Part shown: in pieces, positions 6,038 to 14,962 of the stretch | Layout: the number at the start of each line of letters is the position of its first letter | Numbering within the stretch: the stretch's first letter is position 1 | Source: an uncultured virus (IMG/VR IMGVR_UViG_3300024251_000006) | Taxonomy: Duplodnaviria > Heunggongvirae > Uroviricota > Caudoviricetes | Reading direction: 5' to 3' (one strand) | Length of the DNA: 20,000 bases | Virus record (IMG/VR): IMGVR_UViG_3300024251_000006 | Translations under genes and position numbers: made by a program | Notes under the pieces: generated by a model | Seen by the model: the letters and a program-made list of their open reading frames with translations, nothing else | The model's database searches: none | What the model was told of the DNA's origin: nothing

Positions 6038-8250
6038 TGTATCACCCCTCCCGCGTCGCTCAACGTATCGAACTCGCCCAGCGCGAATTCAGCGTCACTC
6101 TAGAACCACATTCCATCGCCGACGTCGACTCCTTCGAGGACCATCTCAAGCGCTACAACAAGTACGAACTGGACCAGAACGGCGCTCCCAAAGGTATGCA
6201 GCACCTTACCCAATTCGAGCACGACTGGATCCTCAACGAACAACTCCTCGTCTCTTGCGACGCCATGTACGCCCTCACCCGCTACGCCATCATCAAGGAT
6301 GAACAGAACAACATCCGCCGCTTCGAGCCGCGCGTCCCACAACGCCTGATCTTCGACGTCATCTCCGACCTCGAGCAACGCGACGCCGCCATCGAACTCA
6401 TGCTCCTGAAGGCCCGCCAGCTCGGCGTCTCTACTCTCATCGAACTCCTTATCGGCCTCCGCATCATCTTCGGCTACGGCGTCAACGCAGTCATCGGCTC
6501 CGCCGACCAGACTAAGACCGCTCTCATGGCCGGCATGATGTTCATGCTCTACGACCGCCTGCCCGTCTGGCTGCGCCCGCAGTGGACTAGGCGCGTCGAA
6601 TCCGACCGCGGCATGCTCATCTTCGGCCACAGCTTCTCCGGCGTATCCTTCCAGCACGGCGCCCAGATGTCCGGCATCGCCCGCGGTACCACGCCAACCG
6701 TCTACCATCTCTCCGAATGTGCCAGCTTCACCGATCCTATCAACCAGATTGAAGCCGCACTCTTCAAAGCCGTTCATGCCTCTCCCAACGTCTTCGGCGC
6801 ACTTGAAGGTACCGGCGAAGGCGACAAAGGCTGGTGGCCGGATACTTGGCGCCACGCCAAGGAGAACTGGCAGCATAACCGGGCTCGCCTCTGCCCTCTC
6901 TTCCTGCCATGGCTATGCGGAACGGATATCTATCCCACGCCCACCTGGCTCAGAATGCGTCCCATCCCCGACAACTGGTATCCCAATCCCGATACGCGAG
7001 AGCACGTTGCCAAGTCCGAACTCTACGTCCGGTCTCACCCGCTCCTAGCCAAGCATCTCGGCTCAACCTACCACATGCCCAAAGCCCAACAATGGTTCTG
7101 GGAAGTGGAGCACGAGCAGGCTAAGGCTAAGAACATGGAGGAGATCTTCCTGCAAGAGATGGCTGGCGACGACGAAGAAGCCTTGCAGAAGTCCATCACC
7201 TCCGCCTTCAGCCACCAGACACTCGCCGAGATAGAATCCCGCCGAGAAAAGACCATGGACATGTTCTGCCTCGTCGGCCAGTCCATCGAAGCCGACCACG
7301 AACCTCCCACCGAGTATATCGACTACGATAAGCCGCGCATTCCCATTAAATACACCAACATCCAAGAGAAGACGTACCGCTGGGAACTGATCCCTCTCCT
7401 TGAGCAGCAAATCCAGCCTAATCCCAAGGATCCCGCCACCGCCACCGGAATACTATTCATCTGGTCTCATCCTAAGCCCGGCGTGCGCTACTCGATCGGG
7501 GTAGATACAGCCGCCGGCAGAGGCGAAGACGCCACCGCCATCTCTGTCTGGGCTCTAGGTAAGAACAGCGACGATCCCGACACCCAAGTCGCCGAACTGG
7601 CCAGCTCCTACATCAACCACGCCGAAGCCTACGCATTCGTTATCGGTATTGCCGGATACTACGGCACCTACATGAAGCAAGAATACTCAAACAAGTGGCG
7701 TGAACCCTACGTCACCGTGGAAGTATTGGCCTCGGTTGGCGACATGTGCCTGAAAGATATGGCCAACATGGGCTACTCGCATTTCCACATGATGAGCCGC
7801 TACGACGGCAAGAACCCTCGCCGGGACAAAGCCATGGCTCGCAAGCGCGGATTCTTCACTGGAGCATGGGCTCGCGTGACGCTTACCACCTCTTTCGCCA
7901 CCTGGGCCAAGAACCTGTGGCTGCATATTAACTCTCCTTGGCTACTCGAAGAGATGCGCACCTTTGAGGCCAAAGTCACCGCCACGGGCAGGGAGAAGCT
8001 CGAGCACGAAGACGGCAAGCACGACGACCGTATCTTCGCCGCCGCCATGGCCTGCTTCGCTCCGCACGACCTCGAGCCCAACGCCGAACGGAGCAAGAAG
8101 CGCTCTTTCAACCCGTCTACACTCCCTCCGCTCAACTTGCAGCCCTCTAGGCCCTCAAATGTGTTCAATCCTAGGGATATGCAACAATCAGACATTGCAA
8201 CTGTGGACGATTTAGCATTTACTATGGACCAGATGGAAAGGTACCGATGA
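6037..8250 (+). CDS. terL: terminase large subunit
   Basis: Walker A LKARQLGVST, Walker B VYHLSE, coupling motif LEGTGEG, RNase H-like nuclease IGVDTAAGRGED and HDDRIFA; ATG 6037 coupled to the MTase stop (TGATG). Confidence 0.93.
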   Translation: MYHPSRVAQRIELAQREFSVTLEPHSIADVDSFEDHLKRYNKYELDQNGAPKGMQHLTQFEHDWILNEQLLVSCDAMYALTRYAIIKDEQNNIRRFEPRVPQRLIFDVISDLEQRDAAIELMLLKARQLGVSTLIELLIGLRIIFGYGVNAVIGSADQTKTALMAGMMFMLYDRLPVWLRPQWTRRVESDRGMLIFGHSFSGVSFQHGAQMSGIARGTTPTVYHLSECASFTDPINQIEAALFKAVHASPNVFGALEGTGEGDKGWWPDTWRHAKENWQHNRARLCPLFLPWLCGTDIYPTPTWLRMRPIPDNWYPNPDTREHVAKSELYVRSHPLLAKHLGSTYHMPKAQQWFWEVEHEQAKAKNMEEIFLQEMAGDDEEALQKSITSAFSHQTLAEIESRREKTMDMFCLVGQSIEADHEPPTEYIDYDKPRIPIKYTNIQEKTYRWELIPLLEQQIQPNPKDPATATGILFIWSHPKPGVRYSIGVDTAAGRGEDATAISVWALGKNSDDPDTQVAELASSYINHAEAYAFVIGIAGYYGTYMKQEYSNKWREPYVTVEVLASVGDMCLKDMANMGYSHFHMMSRYDGKNPRRDKAMARKRGFFTGAWARVTLTTSFATWAKNLWLHINSPWLLEEMRTFEAKVTATGREKLEHEDGKHDDRIFAAAMACFAPHDLEPNAERSKKRSFNPSTLPPLNLQPSRPSNVFNPRDMQQSDIATVDDLAFTMDQMERYR

Positions 8251-8696
8251 GAAAGCCTGGCTGCGTCGCCCCCGTAATCTACTTCCGCTACCCTTCCGGC
8301 CACCTCGTGCTCGCACCGTTCTCCGACTGTCCCACTCCCGACGGTGCCATCAAGGAAGAAGCCGACACACTGCCAGCTATCGACCGCCTCGTCGACCAGT
8401 TACGCAAGCAGGAATATGAGAATAGCCAGCGCGAGATGCGCTACGACATGAATCTGATGGCCGCCCGGGACAAGGAGATCAAGGATCGCATCTACGCCCG
8501 TATCTCATCCAACGTAACCACCGAATACGAGAAGGAATTCCTGCGCTTCTATCTACAACTACGCGATGACCGCAAGCGCGAGAATTACCGTCAGAGATTC
8601 CTTGAAGCGCAATGGTATCTGCACGCGAGAGAGAATGAACTTGGCAATCGTGACGCAGCAGCTGAGACTGTGAACTTGGACAAGGTACACTTCTAA
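8247..8696 (+). CDS. hypothetical protein (149 aa) between terminase and portal
   Basis: ATGA overlap with terL; charged helical protein. Confidence 0.75.
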   Translation: MRKPGCVAPVIYFRYPSGHLVLAPFSDCPTPDGAIKEEADTLPAIDRLVDQLRKQEYENSQREMRYDMNLMAARDKEIKDRIYARISSNVTTEYEKEFLRFYLQLRDDRKRENYRQRFLEAQWYLHARENELGNRDAAAETVNLDKVHF

Positions 8697-8908
8697 TGAA
8701 ACTAGCCTACAAGGACCTGCTTGAAGGTATCTTCTCTAAATCGACTCCAACTTTCATCTTTATGAATGCCAACACCAAGGCCGAAGCCGTGAAGTTGGGC
8801 GGAGAGAACTGGGCGAAACAGCTTCCTCCTAACGTAACCTTGGGACTCGACAATCTTCCAGACGGTGAAGTTAAGGTAGAATTCTCTTTCAAGTGGGATA
8901 AATCCTAG
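8696..8908 (+). CDS. small hypothetical protein (70 aa), AT-richer than flanks
   Basis: TAATG and TAGTG coupling on both sides. Confidence 0.65.
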   Translation: MKLAYKDLLEGIFSKSTPTFIFMNANTKAEAVKLGGENWAKQLPPNVTLGLDNLPDGEVKVEFSFKWDKS

Positions 8909-10980
8909 TGGCTGAGAAACTCTCATTCAAGAGTTGGCAGTGCCCTCCCGGCGCAACCGACGAAGCTAGTCGCCTAGGCTGGCTCGACGATGCCACCGGC
9001 GACGGCCTCGCCTGGCTAAAAAGCCAGCGCGGCTTCCGCGACTTCCGTAAAGCTCTCGACACCATCTCCGGCATGGATACTCAGCCAACCTATAACGCCT
9101 CCTACCGCAGCCGGATTAACACCAACCGTCTCAAGCGCAACATCCGAGAAGTCGTCTCGGTCATGTCCAAGCTGCGTCCCTTCTGGGGCTATCACAGCGA
9201 CAACAAAGCCTACGCCGACCAAGCGCTGATGATGAACAAAGTCACCCGCGCATGGTATCTCGAGAGTTTCGCCGACCGTGCGGTAAAGGAGGCACTCCAA
9301 TATGCGGCAGCGACTGGACGCGGCTGGATTCATCCCGTATACCGCAGAGATATGCATGGCACCGGAAGGGGTGACATTAAGTTACTCACATACGGCGCTC
9401 CCTCTGTCCTACCCACCCAACTCCCTAGCTCAGGCAACTGGCAAGAAGCCTACGCGGTTACCATTCTGGATGAAATGCCTGTTGCTATGGCGCACGGCAT
9501 GTTTCCTTCTTTTCAGGATAGATTAGTCCCTTCCAGCTCAAAGTATTGGTACCAGAACGACTCCGTCCACAAAGCCGCCCTCGGCAACGTCCTGCAACGT
9601 ATCTTCGGCAAGACACCTCGCGCCGAGACTGCCGGCCTGCCCGACCTTCTCGTGCCAGTGAGAAAAACGTGGGTGCTCGACCTCAGTATCAACACCACCG
9701 ACCGTCCCATCCCCATGGGCGAACCGGGCTCCACATGGTCTTACACCGTGCCGCACATCGGCCAGGAAATCCCCGTAGGCACCGACACCAACGGCCGTGC
9801 CCTAACCCGCAAGGCCGACGAGAACGATGCCCGGCTCTATCCCTACCGCCGCCTGCTCATCAGCTCCGACCGCTGCATCATGTATGACGGCCCCGGCTTT
9901 GACTGGCACGGCATGTTCCCGGGCATCAGCTTCAGCCCCGACAGTTGGCCATGGGAACCTCTCGGCTTCAGTCTCGTCCACGACGGCTACGATCTCAACG
10001 AATCCATGAAAGAGATCATGCGCGGCAACATGGACAAGATCAGGAGTCAACTCGATCCTCCATTGAAGTTTGATACCAACGCCACCTCCATGAAGGAGAT
10101 GCGCCGCTTCGATCCCATGCAGCCCCGCGCCCGCATCGGCCTCGACGGCAACGCGGTAGACGGCATCGGCGTAGACCTCGCCGTGCCCATGGACGTCCTC
10201 AAGGTCTATCCTGAATCCATGCAGATGTACGAGACTCTCGGCGCCGCCATGGACGCTCAGATGGCTATCAACGACGTGCAAGCCCTAGCCAAAGCCCGTA
10301 CCGTCGGCTCCATGGATGAGCTAGAAAAGATCATGGAGACGCAAGGCCCGATCGTCGAGGACATGTCCCGCTCCATGGAACCACCCATGCGCGACTTGGG
10401 CGTCATGGTCAAGTATCTCGTCCTGCAGTACTACACCACTCCTAGAGTGATGCAGATCGTTGGCATGGATGGCGTACATCCCGAGGTATTCGACTTCGAC
10501 CCTGCCAGCCTCGTGCCTTCTCACCTGCCCGGCGAGGATCCCAAGTTTGGCTCAGCGTCAGACAAGATCACCAGAGCTCGCGTCTTCGCCGACAACCTGC
10601 GCTTCTTCATCCTGCCTAACTCTCTGCACGAGATGACGCAGATGGCCATGAAGCTCGGGCTCGTGCAACTGAGAAAAGCCGGTGTGAAGATTGACTCCCA
10701 GACCATCGCAGAATCTTGGGAATTGCCAAACTACGGCAACCTACAGGGCAATACCATCATCGAGCGTTACCAGTCCGAGCAGGAACTAGACCTAGAATTC
10801 GCCGCCAGGATGCAACAAATAGCCGGCGCCGAAGGACTTATACCACCAGGTACGCCCCCGGGAGCCGCCGCACCTCCGGCTAAGCCTAATCCCGAAGGCC
10901 GACCACCTTCCGGCAACGCTCCACCTCGTCTAGTTTCCAAGGATAACGGTGCCAGAAGCACGATTACAGAGAGTCGGTGA
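8908..10980 (+). CDS. portal protein
   Basis: 690 aa, between TerL and scaffold/capsid; portal-like segments such as FDWHGMFP and WPWEPLGFSLV; Pro-rich disordered C-terminus. Confidence 0.8.
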   Translation: MAEKLSFKSWQCPPGATDEASRLGWLDDATGDGLAWLKSQRGFRDFRKALDTISGMDTQPTYNASYRSRINTNRLKRNIREVVSVMSKLRPFWGYHSDNKAYADQALMMNKVTRAWYLESFADRAVKEALQYAAATGRGWIHPVYRRDMHGTGRGDIKLLTYGAPSVLPTQLPSSGNWQEAYAVTILDEMPVAMAHGMFPSFQDRLVPSSSKYWYQNDSVHKAALGNVLQRIFGKTPRAETAGLPDLLVPVRKTWVLDLSINTTDRPIPMGEPGSTWSYTVPHIGQEIPVGTDTNGRALTRKADENDARLYPYRRLLISSDRCIMYDGPGFDWHGMFPGISFSPDSWPWEPLGFSLVHDGYDLNESMKEIMRGNMDKIRSQLDPPLKFDTNATSMKEMRRFDPMQPRARIGLDGNAVDGIGVDLAVPMDVLKVYPESMQMYETLGAAMDAQMAINDVQALAKARTVGSMDELEKIMETQGPIVEDMSRSMEPPMRDLGVMVKYLVLQYYTTPRVMQIVGMDGVHPEVFDFDPASLVPSHLPGEDPKFGSASDKITRARVFADNLRFFILPNSLHEMTQMAMKLGLVQLRKAGVKIDSQTIAESWELPNYGNLQGNTIIERYQSEQELDLEFAARMQQIAGAEGLIPPGTPPGAAAPPAKPNPEGRPPSGNAPPRLVSKDNGARSTITESR

Positions 10981-11222
10981 TGACGCCAGCTGAAGCACTC
11001 GAACACCAGCGCAAGGGCGGCAAGCTCTACGAATACATCTCTCCACGTGTCACCTGGACCTTCGATGCCGATGCCTACTACCAAGCCCGTGGAACCAAGG
11101 TAGTCTGCTTCACCATCCCGGCCACCAATCCAGCCCACGAGCACGGCGGCTACTCCAAGGAGTACCATGAAGAAGCTCTAGCCGCCTCGCGTGATGGCCG
11201 CATCAGATGGCAAATACTATGA
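10977..11222 (+). CDS. hypothetical protein (81 aa)
   Basis: GTGA overlap with the portal stop. Confidence 0.6.
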   Translation: MMTPAEALEHQRKGGKLYEYISPRVTWTFDADAYYQARGTKVVCFTIPATNPAHEHGGYSKEYHEEALAASRDGRIRWQIL

Positions 11223-11455
11223 GCGTAACCAGTATCCGCACCACCACCACGGAGACAATGACTCCGCTTCGCGATACTTACCACCTCGTGCGCGAACGTG
11301 TCTACCAGGGCTCCCTCGACTTCGTACAAATCCTCATCGGCCTGCGCACCGAAAAGGCCACCGGTACCCTCGAAGTAGCACTCTCCCAAGGCGGTATCTG
11401 CCGTGTCCGGTTCCGTGAAGAGCAGGATATCCGCTACTCTTCCATCCATCCCTAA
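11219..11455 (+). CDS. small protein with C-terminal TGTLEVALSQGGICRVRFREE motif (reminiscent of DUF2292/YezD-like beta proteins); possible regulator
   Basis: ATGA coupling at 11219 (alternative start 11207); immediately precedes the promoter and structured RNA. Confidence 0.6.
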   Translation: MSVTSIRTTTTETMTPLRDTYHLVRERVYQGSLDFVQILIGLRTEKATGTLEVALSQGGICRVRFREEQDIRYSSIHP

Positions 11456-11464
11456 CGATTTCTC

Positions 11465-11495
11465 TTGACAACACCTAGTCCTGTTACTGTAGAGT
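11465..11495 (+). promoter_or_regulatory. probable promoter for head genes (TTGACA at 11465; -10 candidate TAGAGT at 19-nt spacing)
   Basis: ttttctcttgaca context identical to the leftward promoter at 965-977; -10 spacing is non-ideal. Confidence 0.5.
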
Positions 11496-11625
11496 CCCCA
11501 CAGTGGGATTCGTTATCCCCTGACACCACAGTCAGGTTAGATACGGCCGACTGCTATTAACGCACCTCTTGCTTGGTTGCCTCCGAGCCCGACACATGCG
11601 TTAGTGGTAGTCGGCCTTTTTGTTT
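11495..11625 (+). ncRNA. structured leader or small RNA ending in a 20-bp stem plus U-tract
   Basis: Hairpins GGGAT/ATCCC and CCTGAC/GTCAGG; 11545-11564 pairs fully with 11597-11616 (3 G-U pairs); nested GCTTGG/CCGAGC hairpin; TTTTTGTTT follows. Confidence 0.7.
11545..11625 (+). terminator. intrinsic terminator or attenuator-like element
   Basis: GC-rich stem base GGCCGAC/GTCGGCC directly followed by TTTTTGTTT. Confidence 0.6.
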
Positions 11626-11638
11626 CCAGAGGAGCCCT

Positions 11639-11725
11639 ATGAAGCATCACGGTAAGGATGGCAAAAAGGAAAAGGACGGTAAGAAGGACGGTAAGGGCGC
11701 GAAGCTATTCGGCAAGAAGAAGTAA
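11639..11725 (+). CDS. 28-aa Lys/Gly-rich peptide MKHHGKDGKKEKDGKKDGKGAKLFGKKK, absent from the ORF track
   Basis: SD GAGGAG 4 nt upstream; KDGK repeats; first ORF after the RNA element. Confidence 0.6.
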   Translation: MKHHGKDGKKEKDGKKDGKGAKLFGKKK

Positions 11726-11738
11726 CGGGAGACATTCG

Positions 11739-11894
11739 ATGCGCGGACACAGTAAATCAGGCGGTTTCGCCGGTAATCTCACCAAGATCGGCGGCGCCGG
11801 CTCCAAGCTCAAGATGAAGTCCGATATGAAGGCCGACACTATGGTTGGCCCCAGTCTCAAGAAGGGTAAGAAGCAGGCGCACAAGAAAGCATAA
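11739..11894 (+). CDS. 51-aa Lys-rich basic peptide (MRGHSKSGG...KKGKKQAHKKA)
   Basis: SD GGGAG upstream of ATG 11739; stop abuts the next ATG. Confidence 0.6.
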   Translation: MRGHSKSGGFAGNLTKIGGAGSKLKMKSDMKADTMVGPSLKKGKKQAHKKA

Positions 11895-12203
11895 ATGGCT
11901 GCCGCTCCAGTTGCGATGACTCCGCCCCCAAGTGCAGGGGGAAATGCCCCGCCATCGCCGGCGCAGGTCAATCCAACCTCGCCGCCGCAAGTATCACCGG
12001 CTCCGGCCACTCCTTCTCCACAAATGAATGAGGGAACGCAACTGGGTATCAGGATAGCTCACGACCTTACAGCCCTGGCCAAGATGTTTCCGGTGGTTAC
12101 GCCAAAGATTGCGCAGATTAACAATATCTTGCGGGAAGTGGTAGCTGGAATCATGGAAAGTTCTCAGACGGGCGAACCCGCCGCGCCGCCGAGTAACGGG
12201 TAA
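11895..12203 (+). CDS. Pro-rich hypothetical head-module protein (102 aa)
   Basis: Adjacent start; Pro-rich N-terminus plus a helical hairpin. Confidence 0.7.
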   Translation: MAAAPVAMTPPPSAGGNAPPSPAQVNPTSPPQVSPAPATPSPQMNEGTQLGIRIAHDLTALAKMFPVVTPKIAQINNILREVVAGIMESSQTGEPAAPPSNG

Positions 12204-12212
12204 GGAGGCAAA

Positions 12213-13049
12213 ATGACATACGCAGAGTATTTGAAAGCCAATGGGGCCACAGAGGAAGAGATCAAGGTTTTGGATTCAGCGGTAGCCCGCCGCGCATTCG
12301 ATAAGTCGCAGGCTGAAGCCGAGGAAGCCCGTCAGACTGCCGCTAAGCTCGAAGAGACCATGAAGAATTACGAAGCTCGCGTGCAGTCCTGGTACACCGA
12401 GAACGACAGCAAGCTCAAGCAGGTCCAGAATCAAGCCGTAGCCGCTGCTGCCGAAGCTGCTCGCGCCAAGGCTGCTCTCTTGGAAGCCCAAAAGCAGGGC
12501 ATGGTGGACATTGCCAAGGATTTAGGCTACGAAACGGAACCTCCTAAGCAACAGCCCGCCGCTCCTGACGATCGCTATCTCACCATGGAGAAGTTCCAGC
12601 AGGCCGGTGACACCTTCGCCGCCAATCTTACCGCCATGCTCGACGCGGCCAGCGAACACGCACGCCTCTTCCCCAACGTCCCTTTCAACGCCGAACAGCT
12701 CCGCCGTGAAGCTCAATCCCAGGGCAAAACTCTGCTCCCTTATTGGGAAGAGAAGTTCAAGGTACGCGATGCTCGCGAAGCCGCCGCCCAAAAGCAGCGT
12801 GACGCCGAAATCGCCAAGTGGAAAGCCGAAGGCGCCAAGGAGAAGGAAACCGAACTGGTCTCCCGCTTCGGCAATCCCGAGACACGTCCCATGGTTCCTT
12901 CCAAGTCACCTTTCGCTGTGCGCCCCGACGATAAGCTGCGCGCTGACAACCAGCCGTGGAATAAGAGCGAAACGCAGCTTGCGAATGACCGTGTCGTACG
13001 CGGGGTTCAGAAATTAGCAGAGCGTCAGTCCGAGGGATTCAAGAATTAG
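12213..13049 (+). CDS. capsid scaffolding protein (probable)
   Basis: SD AAGGAGG; Ala/Glu/Lys-rich coiled coil, immediately upstream of the major capsid gene. Confidence 0.7.
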   Translation: MTYAEYLKANGATEEEIKVLDSAVARRAFDKSQAEAEEARQTAAKLEETMKNYEARVQSWYTENDSKLKQVQNQAVAAAAEAARAKAALLEAQKQGMVDIAKDLGYETEPPKQQPAAPDDRYLTMEKFQQAGDTFAANLTAMLDAASEHARLFPNVPFNAEQLRREAQSQGKTLLPYWEEKFKVRDAREAAAQKQRDAEIAKWKAEGAKEKETELVSRFGNPETRPMVPSKSPFAVRPDDKLRADNQPWNKSETQLANDRVVRGVQKLAERQSEGFKN

Positions 13050-13077
13050 CTGTCAGTGAGTACACAGGAGAGTAAAG

Positions 13078-14220
13078 ATGGCCGACCCAACATTTGATCA
13101 AATCTCAGCCACAACACTGGCAGATCTCAAAGACGATGTACTCGTTGATAATTTTTTCGTCGAAACTCCATGGATGCGCAAGATGCGCGCCATGGGCGCT
13201 CTCGAAGACTTTGCCAGCGGTACCTTCATGCAGGATCCGTTTATGTACGACCGTGTGAACGGTGGCGCTATTGCTCCAGGCTCCGATGTGACCGTCGTGC
13301 AGAAGCAGATCATCGCGGCCACCGCCTTCGTGCCCAAGGAATACGTGGAGCAGGTGCCATTGAACCTCTGGCAGACCAACGTAATCCAGGGTTCCGGCCC
13401 GGCGGTCAAGGTCAAGTTGATCGACGCTTACATGCAGAACGCGGTGCAGGCACTCAACACCGACGTAGCCATTGACTTCTACCGTCACGGGCAGAACATT
13501 ACCGGCTCCAACCGGCAGATCTTCATTAACGGTCTCTCCGAAGCGCTCAACGACGGTGTCAACCCCTCCTGGGACGGTAACGTGTTCACCACTTACGGCG
13601 GCCAGACTCGTAACGGCGCTATCGGCAACGTACTCAACTCAGTTCCGACATGGGTTGGCGACACCGCCGGCAACACCGGCCAGATCAGCTACAAGACAGT
13701 CTTCGAGGCGTATCAAAACTGCGTGCAGCCTCCCGACATCGGCCTGTGCAACAAGGCTCTCTTCAGCTACTTGGCCGAGCGTCAGGAACCGAAGCAGCGC
13801 TTTGAGATGGTCTCAGACCTCAGCATTGGCGTCAGCGGCCTGAAAGTCCTCGATGGCACCATCTTCGTGGACAAACTGGCTCCGTCGACCAAGTACGGCA
13901 CCATCCTGCCGTCCAACCTGAGCCAGACCACAAGCATCAAGCCGACAGCCTTCACCACTCCGACGCTCAGCACGACGCAGAACGCCATCTCTAACTACCC
14001 GAGCGCCACTTCCTGCACTCCCGGCGAGCCATTCTTCTGGCTGCGCGTCAAGGGATGGAAGCTCCGTCCGTCATCCGACCCGGAGTATAACTTCAACTTC
14101 ACGCCGCCTATCCGCAGCCAGAACAACGCGGACTTGGTGGTCATGTTCCTCAAAGCGGGCTTGAACCTCTACACCGTGCAGCCTCGCGATAACTGGCAGC
14201 TGGTTGGCGCAGGATTCTAA
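13078..14220 (+). CDS. major capsid protein
   Basis: 380 aa, SD AGGAG, strong codon bias, N-terminus DQISATTL...VDNFF of phage major-capsid type, synteny portal-scaffold-capsid. Confidence 0.85.
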   Translation: MADPTFDQISATTLADLKDDVLVDNFFVETPWMRKMRAMGALEDFASGTFMQDPFMYDRVNGGAIAPGSDVTVVQKQIIAATAFVPKEYVEQVPLNLWQTNVIQGSGPAVKVKLIDAYMQNAVQALNTDVAIDFYRHGQNITGSNRQIFINGLSEALNDGVNPSWDGNVFTTYGGQTRNGAIGNVLNSVPTWVGDTAGNTGQISYKTVFEAYQNCVQPPDIGLCNKALFSYLAERQEPKQRFEMVSDLSIGVSGLKVLDGTIFVDKLAPSTKYGTILPSNLSQTTSIKPTAFTTPTLSTTQNAISNYPSATSCTPGEPFFWLRVKGWKLRPSSDPEYNFNFTPPIRSQNNADLVVMFLKAGLNLYTVQPRDNWQLVGAGF

Positions 14221-14271
14221 ATGAGAATACTAAGTGGGTTCTCAGTGAGATTGGGATAAAGGAGATACACC

Positions 14272-14949
14272 ATGGCAGGCGGAATGCTCACGAAACAAGC
14301 TGACCAACTCACAGCCAAGTGGCTCAACGACGTCAACGACTCGACTTCCGGTGGCGCATTAGTCAGCGTCCCTACCGGTGTCCAGTCGGTGCAGTCGAGC
14401 GCAACGCAGCCCGGCGACCGTATCGTGCTGGACGACGCTTCGGCTCTGGCTAACAGTGATACCACTGTCGGCACGCTCTACGGCGGCGTCTACATGTACG
14501 TCGGCACGCTAGCCACCTCGACAGCCTCACCAGTCCGCGGTGCCATTGCCTTCTGGCGCTCCAACGAACTGCCGGGTGGCGCAACACAGTCTTACGTGGT
14601 CACCGCTGACGCTCAGCCCACCACTGCCGTCCCGGGCTACATTGCCGGCGTATTCATCAACCCGACGACCTCCAGCGGCACCGGCGTAGCACTCACCAAG
14701 GGCAACTTCGGCTGGATTCAAGTGGCAGGCACGGCCTCAGTGTTCTTCGACTCTACTCTGACGGCTTCAGCTACTGCTACCACGGTCTCCGCCAAGGTCA
14801 GCGCAACCATCGCATCCACCGCCGACGCAGGCGTGGCTCTAACTACCACCACCCTGTCCTTCGTTCTCGGCGTAGCTATCGGCAGCCCGATCAGCTCTAC
14901 GATCTCTAGCGTAATCATCACCCGCGGTAACTTCTGCGGCCGCATCTAA
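14272..14949 (+). CDS. Ser/Thr-rich virion structural protein (capsid decoration/cement-like)
   Basis: SD AAGGAG; follows capsid; GNFGWIQVAG motif typical of post-capsid decoration proteins. Confidence 0.65.
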   Translation: MAGGMLTKQADQLTAKWLNDVNDSTSGGALVSVPTGVQSVQSSATQPGDRIVLDDASALANSDTTVGTLYGGVYMYVGTLATSTASPVRGAIAFWRSNELPGGATQSYVVTADAQPTTAVPGYIAGVFINPTTSSGTGVALTKGNFGWIQVAGTASVFFDSTLTASATATTVSAKVSATIASTADAGVALTTTTLSFVLGVAIGSPISSTISSVIITRGNFCGRI

Positions 14950-14962
14950 GGGAGGGACTTGA

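Noticed and set aside
5387..6057. Similar starts of MTase (MIQPKRV) and TerL (MYHPSRV) as a target-site duplication
   Set aside because: Nucleotide identity is too low to support it
6037..8250. Intein or intron in the long (737 aa) TerL
   Set aside because: No C...HN splice motifs or LAGLIDADG signature seen; the frame is continuous
6100..10281. Long antisense ORFs opposite terL and portal (e.g. 6100-6876, 9802-10281)
   Set aside because: Shadow ORFs expected from the strong C-ending codon bias of the real genes
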